This document shows, piece after piece, positions 9,262 through 20,653 of a DNA stretch of 53,531 nucleotides (positions are counted from its first letter, which is position 1; each line of letters opens with the position of its first letter). Source of the stretch: Actinomycetota bacterium. Lineage in GTDB: Bacteria; Actinomycetota; Actinomycetes; S36-B12; UBA5976. Position numbers and translations under genes: made by a program. The notes beneath the pieces are model-generated. The model saw only the letters and a program-made list of their open reading frames with translations. It had not been told where the DNA came from and ran no database searches. The DNA lies in NCBI GenBank assembly GCA_947452755.1, contig CANGDT010000006.1, positions 1-53,531 on the forward strand, read 5' to 3'.

Positions 9262-10017
9262 ATGCCCACCGCTTTAGTAACTGGCGCAACCGCCGGAATT
9301 GGTCTCGCATACGCTCATGCACTCGCGAACCGTGGTTTTGATTTAGTTGTCGTTGCGCGCAACGAATCTCGTCTTCAAGACATTGCCAAGGAGTGCATCT
9401 CGAAGTTTGGGATCAACGTCGAAGTCTTGGGCGCAGATCTTTCTGACCGTGCTGCGGTTGATCGTGTTGCCAAGCGTGCAGCTCAAGACGACATCGAACT
9501 TGTCGTGAACAACGCTGGCTTTGGATTGAATGAAGCATTTACGTCAAGCACTGTTGAAGACGAGCAGGTAATGCTCGACGTACTTGTGACTGCGGTTATG
9601 CGAATTACTCATGCAACACTTCCGGGAATGTTGGAACGAAACCATGGTGGCGTTATAAATGTCAGTTCGGTAGCGAGTTGGTTATCGAGCGGAACTTACA
9701 GTGCTGCTAAATCGTGGGTAACTACTTTTAGTGAATCGCTTGCCACTCAACATAAAGATTCGAAAGTGCACGTCATTGCTGTGTGCCCAGGGTTTACACG
9801 TACGGAATTTCATGAGCGCGCCAACATGGAAACGGAAACCATTCCGCGCTGGATGTGGTTAGACGTAAATCATGTTGTCGAAAAATCACTACGCGATTTT
9901 GCAAAACGCAGGCCAGTGAGCGTTGCAGGTACTCAGTACAAAGTGCTTGCTTTAGTTGCTCAGTATTTGCCTCGCCCATTTGTGCGAGTAATTTCGAATG
10001 TTGAACGCAAACGCTAA
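9262..10017 (+). CDS. Short-chain dehydrogenase/reductase
   Basis: TGATAGIG, NNAG, YSAAK, CPGFTRTEF. Confidence 0.92.
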   Translation: MPTALVTGATAGIGLAYAHALANRGFDLVVVARNESRLQDIAKECISKFGINVEVLGADLSDRAAVDRVAKRAAQDDIELVVNNAGFGLNEAFTSSTVEDEQVMLDVLVTAVMRITHATLPGMLERNHGGVINVSSVASWLSSGTYSAAKSWVTTFSESLATQHKDSKVHVIAVCPGFTRTEFHERANMETETIPRWMWLDVNHVVEKSLRDFAKRRPVSVAGTQYKVLALVAQYLPRPFVRVISNVERKR

Positions 10018-10442
10018 AAAGTATTCAACACACTTTGAACTGAATCGTTGGTGATCTTCCAGCCGCGCAAACGTGCCTGCAAGTTGGTCTCTCGGGCACG
10101 GTCGGTATCCGGTTGCGTAATGATGACAGTCACGGGTGCATCAGGCCAGTCACCATATTCACCACCAACTGTTGGCAACACAGGGTCAATCAGTACATAA
10201 CCGATAGCTGGACGACGAAGCGACTTGCGGCTAAACCCAACAGCAGGGGAATGGACGCTTGATTCGCCGTCAAAAATAAGTACGAGCGGCTCGGCCGTTT
10301 TAGCGAGTTCACCGCAAACATGGGTGACCCAGCGCACGCCTTGTTGAGGTGCCGAGATAACAAAAGGTGTTGCTGCGAGCCGGACCTGCGCCACCCAAGG
10401 ATTTTGGGAATCGATTGTGGGCAGAAACGCGAGCGCAGGCAT
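10014..10442 (-). CDS. Hypothetical protein, reduced alpha/beta-hydrolase-like fold
   Basis: GYVLIDPVLP...DWPDAPV...ARLRGW motif recalled from actinobacterial hydrolase-like proteins; fills the gap convergent with SDR. Confidence 0.6.
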   Translation of the reverse strand: MPALAFLPTIDSQNPWVAQVRLAATPFVISAPQQGVRWVTHVCGELAKTAEPLVLIFDGESSVHSPAVGFSRKSLRRPAIGYVLIDPVLPTVGGEYGDWPDAPVTVIITQPDTDRARETNLQARLRGWKITNDSVQSVLNTF

Positions 10443-10576
10443 ACGCCTACCTTGCCATGTTTATCGGCACAGCGAGTGAATCCTGTGCCATGTTTAACTG
10501 CACGTAAAGTGCACCACATGCTCCGAATTGGCACTTGCGTGTTCGAGTGGTGAACGGTCTGAAATAGGCTAGGCAC

Positions 10577-11110
10577 ATGTCAGATCGCGAAGCACTCCGT
10601 CAGCAAATCATCGACAAAGCCGTTGTTCACGGCAAGGTCACCCTTTCAAGTGGCAAGGAAGCTGACTATTACGTCGACTTACGTCGCGTCACTTTAGATT
10701 CGCAGGCAGCACCAATCATTGGCCGCGTCATGCTTGATGTGACAAAGGACCTGGATTTTGATGCTGTTGGTGGACTAACTCTGGGTGCAGATCCAGTTGC
10801 GACTGCCATGTTGCACGCCGCTGCGGCACAGGGACGAAAGCTTGATGCATTTGTCGTACGTAAAGCGGAAAAGGCTCATGGGCTTCAGCGTCGTATTGAA
10901 GGACCAGATGTTAAAGGTCGCCGAGTGCTTGCGGTTGAAGACACCAGCACAACAGGCGGTTCTGTACTGACTGCAGTTGAAGCACTCCGTGAAGCTGGTG
11001 CCGAAGTTGTTGGTGTTGCTGTCATTGTTGAACGCGCTGCGGCACCTGCCGTTGAAGCAACTGGTCTTCAGTACCTATACGCCTACAACTTGCCAGACCT
11101 TGGATTGTAA
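10577..11110 (+). CDS. pyrE: Orotate phosphoribosyltransferase
   Basis: TLSSGKEADYYVD, VRKAEKAHG, VEDTSTTGGS PRPP motif. Confidence 0.96.
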   Translation: MSDREALRQQIIDKAVVHGKVTLSSGKEADYYVDLRRVTLDSQAAPIIGRVMLDVTKDLDFDAVGGLTLGADPVATAMLHAAAAQGRKLDAFVVRKAEKAHGLQRRIEGPDVKGRRVLAVEDTSTTGGSVLTAVEALREAGAEVVGVAVIVERAAAPAVEATGLQYLYAYNLPDLGL

Positions 11111-11113
11111 AAA

Positions 11114-11764
11114 CTATTTCTTAGCTTGCTTGCGCACTTCGAAGTAAATCGGAATTGTGCTGAGCACAACAAGTCCGATAGTCACAAGATCAATGTGGTT
11201 CTTAATGACGTTTATTCCACCGAGGAAGTATCCAGCTAGCGTCAAAATCAATACCCACGCGATGCCACCGATAGTGCTGTAAGTGGCAAACCGCTTGTAG
11301 TCCATGCGGGCGATGCCAGCGACAGCGGTAATGAGTGAACGAACAATCGGCACAAAGCGCGCCAGGACGATTGCGCGATTGCCGTGTTTTTCAAAAAATG
11401 CATTTGTTTGCGCAACATATTCTTGCTTAAAGAATCGCGAATCTGGGCGCTTGAAAAGTGCGGGACCAACTTTGACGCCAGTCCAGTAGCCCAATAGGTT
11501 TCCGGCAACTGCAGAAATAGATAGCGCAAAGAGTGCCAGTGCTAACGGCGTTGAAATAAATCCATTTGCTAAGAGCAGACCGACAATGAACAACAAAGAA
11601 TCGCCTGGCAAAACCAAGCCAACGAGAAGGCCGCATTCCACGAGCAAAATCACACACGCACCCAAGAGAGCCCAGGGACCGAGATCCTTCATTAAACCTT
11701 CGGGACTCAGTAGTCCGGTATGGATTACAGCGACTGAATGGGCAACTAATGCAGGTGTCATCAC
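11114..11764 (-). CDS. DedA/VTT family membrane protein
   Basis: ECGLLVGLVLPGDSLLF, LARFVPIVRS motifs. Confidence 0.92.
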   Translation of the reverse strand: MMTPALVAHSVAVIHTGLLSPEGLMKDLGPWALLGACVILLVECGLLVGLVLPGDSLLFIVGLLLANGFISTPLALALFALSISAVAGNLLGYWTGVKVGPALFKRPDSRFFKQEYVAQTNAFFEKHGNRAIVLARFVPIVRSLITAVAGIARMDYKRFATYSTIGGIAWVLILTLAGYFLGGINVIKNHIDLVTIGLVVLSTIPIYFEVRKQAKK

Positions 11765-11853
11765 CTTTCGACTCTATCCATGACAGAATAGGGACACGGG
11801 CAACGGCGCCCTCTAGCCCGCAAAAACCACCTTTTCTAGGAGTTAGAACAAAT

Positions 11854-12879
11854 ATGCCTATTGCATCCAACGAGGTCTACAACGAGATGCTCGACCGCGC
11901 AAAGGCCGGTGCCTTCGCCTACCCTGCAATTAACTGCACATCATCACAGAGCATTGTTGCTGCGATTCGTGGCTTTGCAGAAGCCGAATCTGACGGCATC
12001 GTTCAAGTTTCATGGGGCGGCGCCGAATTCGCTTCAGGTCAACTTGTAAAGGACATGGTTGCTGGTGCAGCTGCTCTTGCAGAGTTCACGCATTCGATTG
12101 CGAAGCACTACAACGTCAACATTGCACTTCACACGGACCATTGCCCTGCCGAAAAGCTTGATGGCTTTATGCGCCCGTTGGTAGCGATTTCCGCAGAGCG
12201 TGTGAAGAACGGTCAAGAACCGTTGTTCCAGTCGCACATGTGGGATGGTTCCGCCGTGTCACTTGGTGAGAACCTCGACATCGCTGACGAAATGCTCGAC
12301 AAGTGTGCAGCAGCTCGCACAATCCTTGAAATCGAAATCGGCGTCGTCGGTGGCGAAGAAGACGGCATTGAAGCAAAGCATGATGCAAAGCTTTTCTCAA
12401 CACCAGAAGACGCACTTGCCATGGTGGACAAGCTTGGTCTTGGCGATCGCGGTCGTTACCTTGTTGCAGCAACATTCGGAAACGTGCACGGCGTGTACAA
12501 GCCAGGCAATGTTGTGTTGACTCCATCGATCTTGAAGGAACTTCAGGATGCAGTGCAGGCAAAGCACAACACGAAGGAAAAGCCACTTGACCTTGTATTC
12601 CATGGTGGATCGGGTTCATTGCTTTCTGAAATTCGCGAATCACTTGATTACGGTGTCATCAAGATGAACATCGACACGGATACCCAGTACGCGTTTACTC
12701 GTCCAATCGTTGACCACATCTTCAAGAACTACGATGGCGTACTCAAAATCGATGGCGAAGTTGGCAACAAGAAGGCCTACGATCCACGCGCATACGGAAA
12801 GCTTGCCGAAGCTGGCATGGCTGCTCGTGTGACTGCGGCATGCGAAGACCTTCGTTCAACCGGAACGCGCATCAAGTAA
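11854..12879 (+). CDS. fbaA: Class II fructose-bisphosphate aldolase
   Basis: HTDHC, SHMWDGS, GGEEDG, FGNVHGVYKPG, VFHGGSG, KMNIDTD; AGGAG RBS. Confidence 0.97.
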   Translation: MPIASNEVYNEMLDRAKAGAFAYPAINCTSSQSIVAAIRGFAEAESDGIVQVSWGGAEFASGQLVKDMVAGAAALAEFTHSIAKHYNVNIALHTDHCPAEKLDGFMRPLVAISAERVKNGQEPLFQSHMWDGSAVSLGENLDIADEMLDKCAAARTILEIEIGVVGGEEDGIEAKHDAKLFSTPEDALAMVDKLGLGDRGRYLVAATFGNVHGVYKPGNVVLTPSILKELQDAVQAKHNTKEKPLDLVFHGGSGSLLSEIRESLDYGVIKMNIDTDTQYAFTRPIVDHIFKNYDGVLKIDGEVGNKKAYDPRAYGKLAEAGMAARVTAACEDLRSTGTRIK

Positions 12880-13295
12880 TGACAATTGGTGAAAGTCTTT
12901 TGGACGGTCCGCCGCCAACATTTCTGCCTGCAGATACATCTGCGGTAGACGCTCTGGCGGCGGGTCGAACACCTGAAGATGTTGCCGCTCAATTCCCGAC
13001 CAGCAGTTTGGCGTGGGCAGTTCTTGCAGATCAAGCGTGGGGCGAAAAGCGCACCATTGAGTCCTACGCATTTGCCCGTGTTGGATACCACCGCGGCCTT
13101 GATGCTTTACGTCGAAATGGTTGGAAAGGTCACGGCCCAGTTCCTTGGAGTCACGAGCCGAACCAGGGTTTCCTGCGTTGTCTGGCGGCCCTTGCCCGTG
13201 CCGCGCAAGCCATCAACGAGACTGAAGAAGCCACTCGTTGCTCACAATTCTTGACTGATTGTGACCCAGCAGCCACGGCTGCACTGGTTCACTGA
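12879..13295 (+). CDS. DUF3151 family protein
   Basis: YAFARVGYHRGLDALRRNGWKGHGPVPWSHEPNQGFLR; usual position after fbaA. Confidence 0.9.
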   Translation: MTIGESLLDGPPPTFLPADTSAVDALAAGRTPEDVAAQFPTSSLAWAVLADQAWGEKRTIESYAFARVGYHRGLDALRRNGWKGHGPVPWSHEPNQGFLRCLAALARAAQAINETEEATRCSQFLTDCDPAATAALVH

Positions 13296-13303
13296 GGTCC
13301 TGA

Positions 13304-14659
<1,356 letters not shown>

Positions 14660-14714
14660 TAATTTCTCTGGCGTGGGCTTAGTGCCCAATCAGTTCATCC
14701 GATACGTTTAAACC

Positions 14715-15479
14715 ATGCGTATTAGTTCTGTGCCTAACGAATTTGGCGATCCAATCGGCGTGCCTTTGCCAGCCGATATCCAGCGTCCTGCACTTCCGGA
14801 TGAATCGGTTGTATTGACGGGCCGTTACTGTCACCTTGAAGCGCTTGATGCCGACAAGCATGCAGCCGACTTGTGGAACGTATTCGCGCTAGATACCGAC
14901 GGGCGTTTGTGGACATATATGCCACAAGGCCCCTTTGCGAATGCCGATGAATATCGCACTTGGGTCGAAGGTGCACACCACAAGGCTGATCCATTTTTTT
15001 ACGCAATCATCGATAGTTCATCGGGCAAGGCCGTAGGTGTCGCATCGTATTTGCGCGTCGATCCGAATAACAGCTCAATTGAAGTTGGTTGGATTACGTT
15101 CTCACCTGTCATTCAGCAAAAACCCATCGCGACCGAGGCGATGTATTTGATGATGAAGCACGCATTCGACATGGGTTACCGCCGTTACGAATGGAAATGC
15201 AATTCACTGAACCAACCGTCAATAAATGCTGCAATGCGTTTGGGTATGTCTTTCGAAGGCCTCTTCCGACAGATGTCGATGGTCAAGGGCCACAATCGCG
15301 ACACCGCGTGGTTTGCGATTCTGGATCGCGATTGGGCAACAGTTCAGCCAGCATTCGAAGCGTGGCTTGACCCAGCAAACTTCAATGCTGATGGGTTACA
15401 AAAGTCCAAACTTTCGGATGGAACCGCGGTGGTCCTTGAATCACGCTGGCCAAACCTGAACCTGGATGTACAGCGCTAG
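14715..15479 (+). CDS. GNAT acetyltransferase, RimJ/RimL-like
   Basis: IEVGWI, GYRRYEWKCNSLNQPS, RLGMSFEGLFRQ, NRDTAWF. Confidence 0.9.
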   Translation: MRISSVPNEFGDPIGVPLPADIQRPALPDESVVLTGRYCHLEALDADKHAADLWNVFALDTDGRLWTYMPQGPFANADEYRTWVEGAHHKADPFFYAIIDSSSGKAVGVASYLRVDPNNSSIEVGWITFSPVIQQKPIATEAMYLMMKHAFDMGYRRYEWKCNSLNQPSINAAMRLGMSFEGLFRQMSMVKGHNRDTAWFAILDRDWATVQPAFEAWLDPANFNADGLQKSKLSDGTAVVLESRWPNLNLDVQR

Positions 15480-15592
15480 TTTCGACCCCATTTGTGACGC
15501 TCATTTCATACCAAGGCATTGATTGGTAGGGCAGCACCAACTCCTCGGGGATAGGCGTAGCATTGTGCCGAACCGATTCTCAAGGAGTGGCA

Positions 15593-16942
15593 ATGTCCTT
15601 CACCGCAGATCCAGCACGTGGCGCCGAAGTTCTTAAGAACGACCGCGAACACGTATTCCATTCATGGAGCGCACAAGGTGCACTTAACCCCATGCTTATC
15701 GCCTCCGGCGAAGGTTCATACATGTGGGACTTTGATGGCAAACGCTACCTCGACTTTTCAAGCCAATTGGTGAATACCAACATTGGCCATCAGCATCCCA
15801 AGGTTGTAGCGGCAATTCAGGAACAGGCAGCAATACTTGCCACTGTTGCGCCACAGCATGCCAACGAAGCACGCGGCGAAGCTGCAAAGCGCATTGCTGA
15901 TTTGGCACCTGACGGTTTCAACAAAGTGTTCTTCACCAACGGTGGCGCAGACGGTATTGAAAACGCAATCCGCATGGCGCGCATTCACACCGGCAAGCAC
16001 AAGATCATGTCGTTCTATCGTTCGTACCACGGCAACACGACCAGTGCGATTACTGCAACAGGTGACCCACGTCGTTGGCCAAACGAGTACGCCTCTGGCC
16101 ACGTACATTTCTTTGGCCCGCATCTTTACCGCAGTTCATTCTGGGCAACAACACCAGAAGAAGAATCAGCACGCGCGCTCGCGCACCTTGCAGAAGTAAT
16201 CAAGTACGAAGGTGCATCAACTATCGGCGCAATCCTGATGGAAACTGTTGTTGGTACCGCAGGCGTACTTGCACCACCACCCGGTTACCTTGAGGGTGTT
16301 CGCAAGCTATGTGATGACAATGGCATCGTGATGATTCTTGATGAAGTCATGTGTGGCTTTGGTCGCACAGGTGAATGGTTCGCACTCGACAACTATGGTG
16401 TTAAGCCAGACCTGATTGTTTTCGCTAAGGGTTCAAACAGTGGTTACATCCCAGTTGGTGGCGTAGTCATCAGTGATCCGATTGCTGCCACATTCGACGA
16501 ACGCGTATTCCCAGGTGGACTTACTTACTCAGGACATCCGATTGCTGCTGCATCAATCGTGGCAACAATCGATGCCATGAAGGAAGAAAAGATTGTCGAA
16601 AACGCAAAGCACATTGGCGAAAACGTCATTGGTCCAGCGCTTCGTGACATGGCTGAACGTCACCGTGTTATTGGTGAAGTTCGCGGTCTAGGAACTTTCT
16701 GGGCAGTTGATTTCGTTTCCGATCGCGCGACTAAGGAAATGATTGCTCCTTACGGCGGCACATCCCCGGCAATGACGTACCTCGTCAGTGAGGCTAAGAA
16801 GGCTGGCCTATTGCCGTTCGCAAACTACAACCGTTTGCATGTTGTTCCACCATGCAACGTTTCTGAAACCGAAGCCAAGGAAGGCCTGGCCATCCTCGAC
16901 GAGGTCATCGCAGGTATGGACCAGTTCTACACCGGCGCTTAA
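15593..16942 (+). CDS. Class III PLP aminotransferase (omega-amine/taurine:2-oxoacid type)
   Basis: YLDFSSQ, SYHG, DEVMCGFGRTG, FAKG, GLTYSGHP; AAGGAG RBS. Confidence 0.9.
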   Translation: MSFTADPARGAEVLKNDREHVFHSWSAQGALNPMLIASGEGSYMWDFDGKRYLDFSSQLVNTNIGHQHPKVVAAIQEQAAILATVAPQHANEARGEAAKRIADLAPDGFNKVFFTNGGADGIENAIRMARIHTGKHKIMSFYRSYHGNTTSAITATGDPRRWPNEYASGHVHFFGPHLYRSSFWATTPEEESARALAHLAEVIKYEGASTIGAILMETVVGTAGVLAPPPGYLEGVRKLCDDNGIVMILDEVMCGFGRTGEWFALDNYGVKPDLIVFAKGSNSGYIPVGGVVISDPIAATFDERVFPGGLTYSGHPIAAASIVATIDAMKEEKIVENAKHIGENVIGPALRDMAERHRVIGEVRGLGTFWAVDFVSDRATKEMIAPYGGTSPAMTYLVSEAKKAGLLPFANYNRLHVVPPCNVSETEAKEGLAILDEVIAGMDQFYTGA

Positions 16943-16946
16943 TTTC

Positions 16947-16995
16947 AAGAAGTCAGCCGACTGCACTCCATGAGGGTGTGGTCGGCTTTCTTTTT
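16947..16995 (+). terminator. Intrinsic terminator
   Basis: AGCCGACTGCACTC-catga-GGGTGTGGTCGGCT stem followed by TTCTTTTT. Confidence 0.8.
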
Positions 16996-17065
16996 GCCCA
17001 TTTTGCGGGAGTTGGCGCATCTTGCTGGGCGTTTAGTCATGCGCTAATTCCACTAAAATAGGACA

Positions 17066-18340
17066 GTGAGAATCCTTGTAGTTGGCTCCGGCGCTCGTGA
17101 ACACGCGCTAGCTCGCACGCTACTCAAGGACCAGGGCGTTGAAGTTTTGTGTGCGCCTGGAAATCCCGGAATTGCTTTGGATTGTGACATCGCACCTGTT
17201 GTTCCCACGGACGGCGAAGCCGTAACGGCCCTGGCTACGGATTTTTCCGCGGACTTAGTCGTTATCGGACCCGAAGCACCACTCGTTGCTGGTGTCGCTG
17301 ATGTTCTTCGTTCAGCGGGGTTTGCAGTCTTCGGCCCCTCTGCGTCCGCTGCTCAACTTGAGGGAAGTAAAGCGTTTGCAAAGGACGTCATGCAATCTGC
17401 AGGCGTTCCTACCGCCGCTGCACATTTGTGCACGGATGTAACTCAAATCGATGGCGCACTTGATGCGTTTGGCGCTCCATATGTTGTGAAGGATGACGGA
17501 CTTGCCGCGGGTAAAGGTGTAGTCGTCACGTTAGATCGCGATGAAGCTATCGCGCATGCACGAGCGTGTATTCAAGGCCGACCAGGTGGCGCGGTCGTTA
17601 TCGAAGAATTTCTCGATGGACCAGAAGTAAGTTTGTTTGGCATCAGCGATGGCTCAACAATTGTTCCGCTATCACCTGCGCAAGATTTCAAACGCGTCCA
17701 CAATGATGATCGTGGTCCCAACACAGGGGGAATGGGTGCGTATACGCCGCTCCCGTGGGCGCCTGCGAATTTGGTGTCAGAAGTGACTCGCACGGTTCTG
17801 CAGCCGATGATTGATGAAATGGCTCGCCGCGGTACACCGTTCAGTGGATTGCTGTACGCCGGGCTTGCCCTCACAACTCGAGGTACTCGAGTTATTGAAT
17901 TCAACGCTCGCTTTGGTGATCCAGAAACACAAGTTGTACTAGCGCGTTTAGCTTCACCGCTGTCGTCCGCGTTGATGGCATGTGCAACAGGCACACTTGA
18001 ATCGCTACCAGCTTTGGAATGGCGGGATGAGTCTGCCGTCACGGTTGTAATGGCCAGCGAAGGCTACCCAGAGTCGCCAGTATCAGGTGCTGTTATCAGC
18101 GGTCCAGTCGAATCTGCAACGGATGCAGTTGATGTGTATCACGCAGGAACATCTCGAAGTGCGAATGGTGAATTGGTTGTCAGCGGTGGTCGAGTTCTGT
18201 CAGTGACAGCAACCGGCGCGGATTTGGCCCTAGCGCGTGTACATGCATACGACATTGTTGAGACAATTGAATTCGCGGGGGAGCATCATCGTTCTGACAT
18301 CGCGTTAAAGGCAGCTAAAGGGGAGATTCACGTTCCATGA
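17066..18340 (+). CDS. purD: Phosphoribosylamine--glycine ligase
   Basis: GSGAREHA, GPEAPL, LEGSKAFAK, LAAGKGV, GPNTGGMG, EFNARFGDPE. Confidence 0.97.
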   Translation: MRILVVGSGAREHALARTLLKDQGVEVLCAPGNPGIALDCDIAPVVPTDGEAVTALATDFSADLVVIGPEAPLVAGVADVLRSAGFAVFGPSASAAQLEGSKAFAKDVMQSAGVPTAAAHLCTDVTQIDGALDAFGAPYVVKDDGLAAGKGVVVTLDRDEAIAHARACIQGRPGGAVVIEEFLDGPEVSLFGISDGSTIVPLSPAQDFKRVHNDDRGPNTGGMGAYTPLPWAPANLVSEVTRTVLQPMIDEMARRGTPFSGLLYAGLALTTRGTRVIEFNARFGDPETQVVLARLASPLSSALMACATGTLESLPALEWRDESAVTVVMASEGYPESPVSGAVISGPVESATDAVDVYHAGTSRSANGELVVSGGRVLSVTATGADLALARVHAYDIVETIEFAGEHHRSDIALKAAKGEIHVP

Positions 18341-19770
18341 GCAAACCAGTTACACCTAATGTTCTCGCTGCACGATACGCGTCTACCTCAATGGCCGAAA
18401 TCTGGTCACCTGCTAACAAAATTGTTCTTGAGCGTCAATTGTGGATTGCAGTTCTAAAAGCCCAAAAAGATTTGGGCATTGCAGTTCCGGACGGTGTCAT
18501 TGAAGCCTATGAAGCCGTCATCACAAATGTTGATTTGGCGAGCATTGCTGAGCGTGAAAAAATTTCGCGCCACGATGTGAAAGCACGTATCGAAGAGTTC
18601 TGTGCGCTTGCTGGCCACGAACATATCCACAAAGGTATGACAAGTCGCGATCTGACTGAAAATGTCGAGCAGCTGCAAGTTCTCGCTTCGTTGAAACTCG
18701 CTCATGTGAAGGCCGTCGCTACCGCATCAGTGCTAACCGAACTGGCTGTGCGATACACAGACGTCGCACTGACTGGTCGTAGCCACAACGTTGCGGCGCA
18801 AACGACCACGCTTGGAAAGCGTTTCGCAAGTGCGGCTGACGAAATGCTAGTCGCCATCGCTCGCATCGAAGATTTGATTGCCCGCTATCCGCTTCGCGGA
18901 ATTAAGGGACCAGTCGGTACAGCCCAAGACATGCTCGATTTACTTGATGGAGATGCCAACAAGTTGGCTGATCTCGAACAGCGAATTGCTCAGCATCTCG
19001 GATTCACAAATGTCTTCACAAGCGTTGGTCAGGTCTACCCGCGTTCGGTGGACTACGACACCGTGACCTCTCTTGTTCAACTTGCCGCAGGCCCTAGTAG
19101 TTTCGCCACCACGATTCGCTTGATGGCTGGACACGAACTTGTCACTGAAGGTTTCAAAGAAGGCCAAGTGGGTTCAAGTGCGATGCCACACAAGATGAAC
19201 ACTCGTTCTTGTGAGCGCGTCAATGGTTTCGCCGTAATTTTGCGTGGCTACGCGAGTATGGCTGGTGAACTATCGGGCAACCAATGGAACGAAGGCGATG
19301 TATTTTGTTCCGTTGTTCGTCGTGTTGCCCTTCCGGACTCGTTTTATGCAATTGACGGACTCTTCGAAACATTCCTCACGGTCCTCGAAGAGTTTGGTGC
19401 ATTCCCTGCAGTTATTGAGCGCGAACTACAGCGATACCTGCCGTTCCTGTCGACTACGAAGGTACTGATGGCTGCAGTACGTGCAGGTGTCGGGCGCGAA
19501 GTTGCCCACGAAGTAATCAAGGAACATGCGGTGGCAGTTGCTTTAGAAATGCGTGGGCCACAAGGCGCTGACGGTTCTGTACTTATTGAGCGCCTTGCTG
19601 CAGATGCGCGCCTTGGTCTGTCACGTGGAGACCTTGAAGCATTAATTGCCGAACCGCTTGAATTCACTGGCGCTGCACGGCAGCAAGTTGCCGACGTTGC
19701 TTCTCAAGTTGCACAACTTGTCGCTCGCACACCAGGTGCCGACACTTACCGACCGGAGCCAATCCTGTGA
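18337..19770 (+). CDS. purB: Adenylosuccinate lyase
   Basis: RHDVKA, HKGMTSRD, GSSAMPHKMN. Confidence 0.97.
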   Translation: MSKPVTPNVLAARYASTSMAEIWSPANKIVLERQLWIAVLKAQKDLGIAVPDGVIEAYEAVITNVDLASIAEREKISRHDVKARIEEFCALAGHEHIHKGMTSRDLTENVEQLQVLASLKLAHVKAVATASVLTELAVRYTDVALTGRSHNVAAQTTTLGKRFASAADEMLVAIARIEDLIARYPLRGIKGPVGTAQDMLDLLDGDANKLADLEQRIAQHLGFTNVFTSVGQVYPRSVDYDTVTSLVQLAAGPSSFATTIRLMAGHELVTEGFKEGQVGSSAMPHKMNTRSCERVNGFAVILRGYASMAGELSGNQWNEGDVFCSVVRRVALPDSFYAIDGLFETFLTVLEEFGAFPAVIERELQRYLPFLSTTKVLMAAVRAGVGREVAHEVIKEHAVAVALEMRGPQGADGSVLIERLAADARLGLSRGDLEALIAEPLEFTGAARQQVADVASQVAQLVARTPGADTYRPEPIL

Positions 19771-20651
19771 CCGACTACAACCTAGGTTCTGAGTACACAC
19801 ATGTGTACTCAGGTAAAGTGCGCGACCTGTATGAATCAACAGATGGTCGGTTGCTCTTTGTTGCTAGCGATCGCATCTCGGCATTCGACTACATTTTGCC
19901 TACAGAGATTCCGGACAAGGGCCGCATCCTGACCGCAATGTCTTTGTGGTGGTTTTATCAGCTTGAGGACATTGTTCCCAATCACATCGTCTCGGCAAAT
20001 GTTCCAAACGAAGTTAAAGGCCGTGCAACATTTTGCGAACGCCTTGAGATGTTTCCGGTGGAATGTGTTGCGCGCGGGTATCTGACTGGGTCAGGTCTCA
20101 GTGATTACAAAGCATCAGGTTCGATTTGTGGTGTCGGTTTGCCACCTGGTTTGCAGGATGGTTCGCAATTACCCAAGACGATTTTTACGCCGGCTACTAA
20201 AGCCGCTATAGGCGATCACGATGAAAATGTCACGTTCGATGAAGTGATGGCGAATATTGGCATGGAAGAAGCCCAGCAGCTTCGTCGCATTACATTGAAG
20301 GTTTATGAAACTGCACTCGAGATTGCTCGTCGCCGTGGAATCATTTTGGCTGACACAAAATTTGAATTCGGACTGGGACTTCGTGGCGCGCACAAGGGTG
20401 AGATTGTGTTGGCCGACGAAGTGCTGACACCGGACTCGTCACGTTTCTGGCCTGCTGAGTTGTGGAAGCCGGGACAGGCCCAGCCATCGTTTGATAAGCA
20501 GTACGTTCGTGATTGGCTTTTGTCACCTGCATCTGGCTGGGACAAGAATTCAGGCGAAGCACCACCCGCGCTACCTGATGAGGTCGTTGAAAAGACGCGT
20601 GCGCGATACGTCGAAGCCTACGAAAAGCTCACAGGCAACAAGTTCGACTAG
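19767..20651 (+). CDS. purC: SAICAR synthase
   Basis: SGKVRDLY, SDRISAFD, ADTKFEFG, DEVLTPDSSRFW, DKQYVRDW. Confidence 0.97.
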   Translation: MTDYNLGSEYTHVYSGKVRDLYESTDGRLLFVASDRISAFDYILPTEIPDKGRILTAMSLWWFYQLEDIVPNHIVSANVPNEVKGRATFCERLEMFPVECVARGYLTGSGLSDYKASGSICGVGLPPGLQDGSQLPKTIFTPATKAAIGDHDENVTFDEVMANIGMEEAQQLRRITLKVYETALEIARRRGIILADTKFEFGLGLRGAHKGEIVLADEVLTPDSSRFWPAELWKPGQAQPSFDKQYVRDWLLSPASGWDKNSGEAPPALPDEVVEKTRARYVEAYEKLTGNKFD

Positions 20652-20653
20652 GT

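Noticed and set aside
15480-15592. Riboswitch upstream of the class III aminotransferase
   Set aside because: No aptamer consensus recognised; a TAGCAT -10 candidate leaves only a short leader
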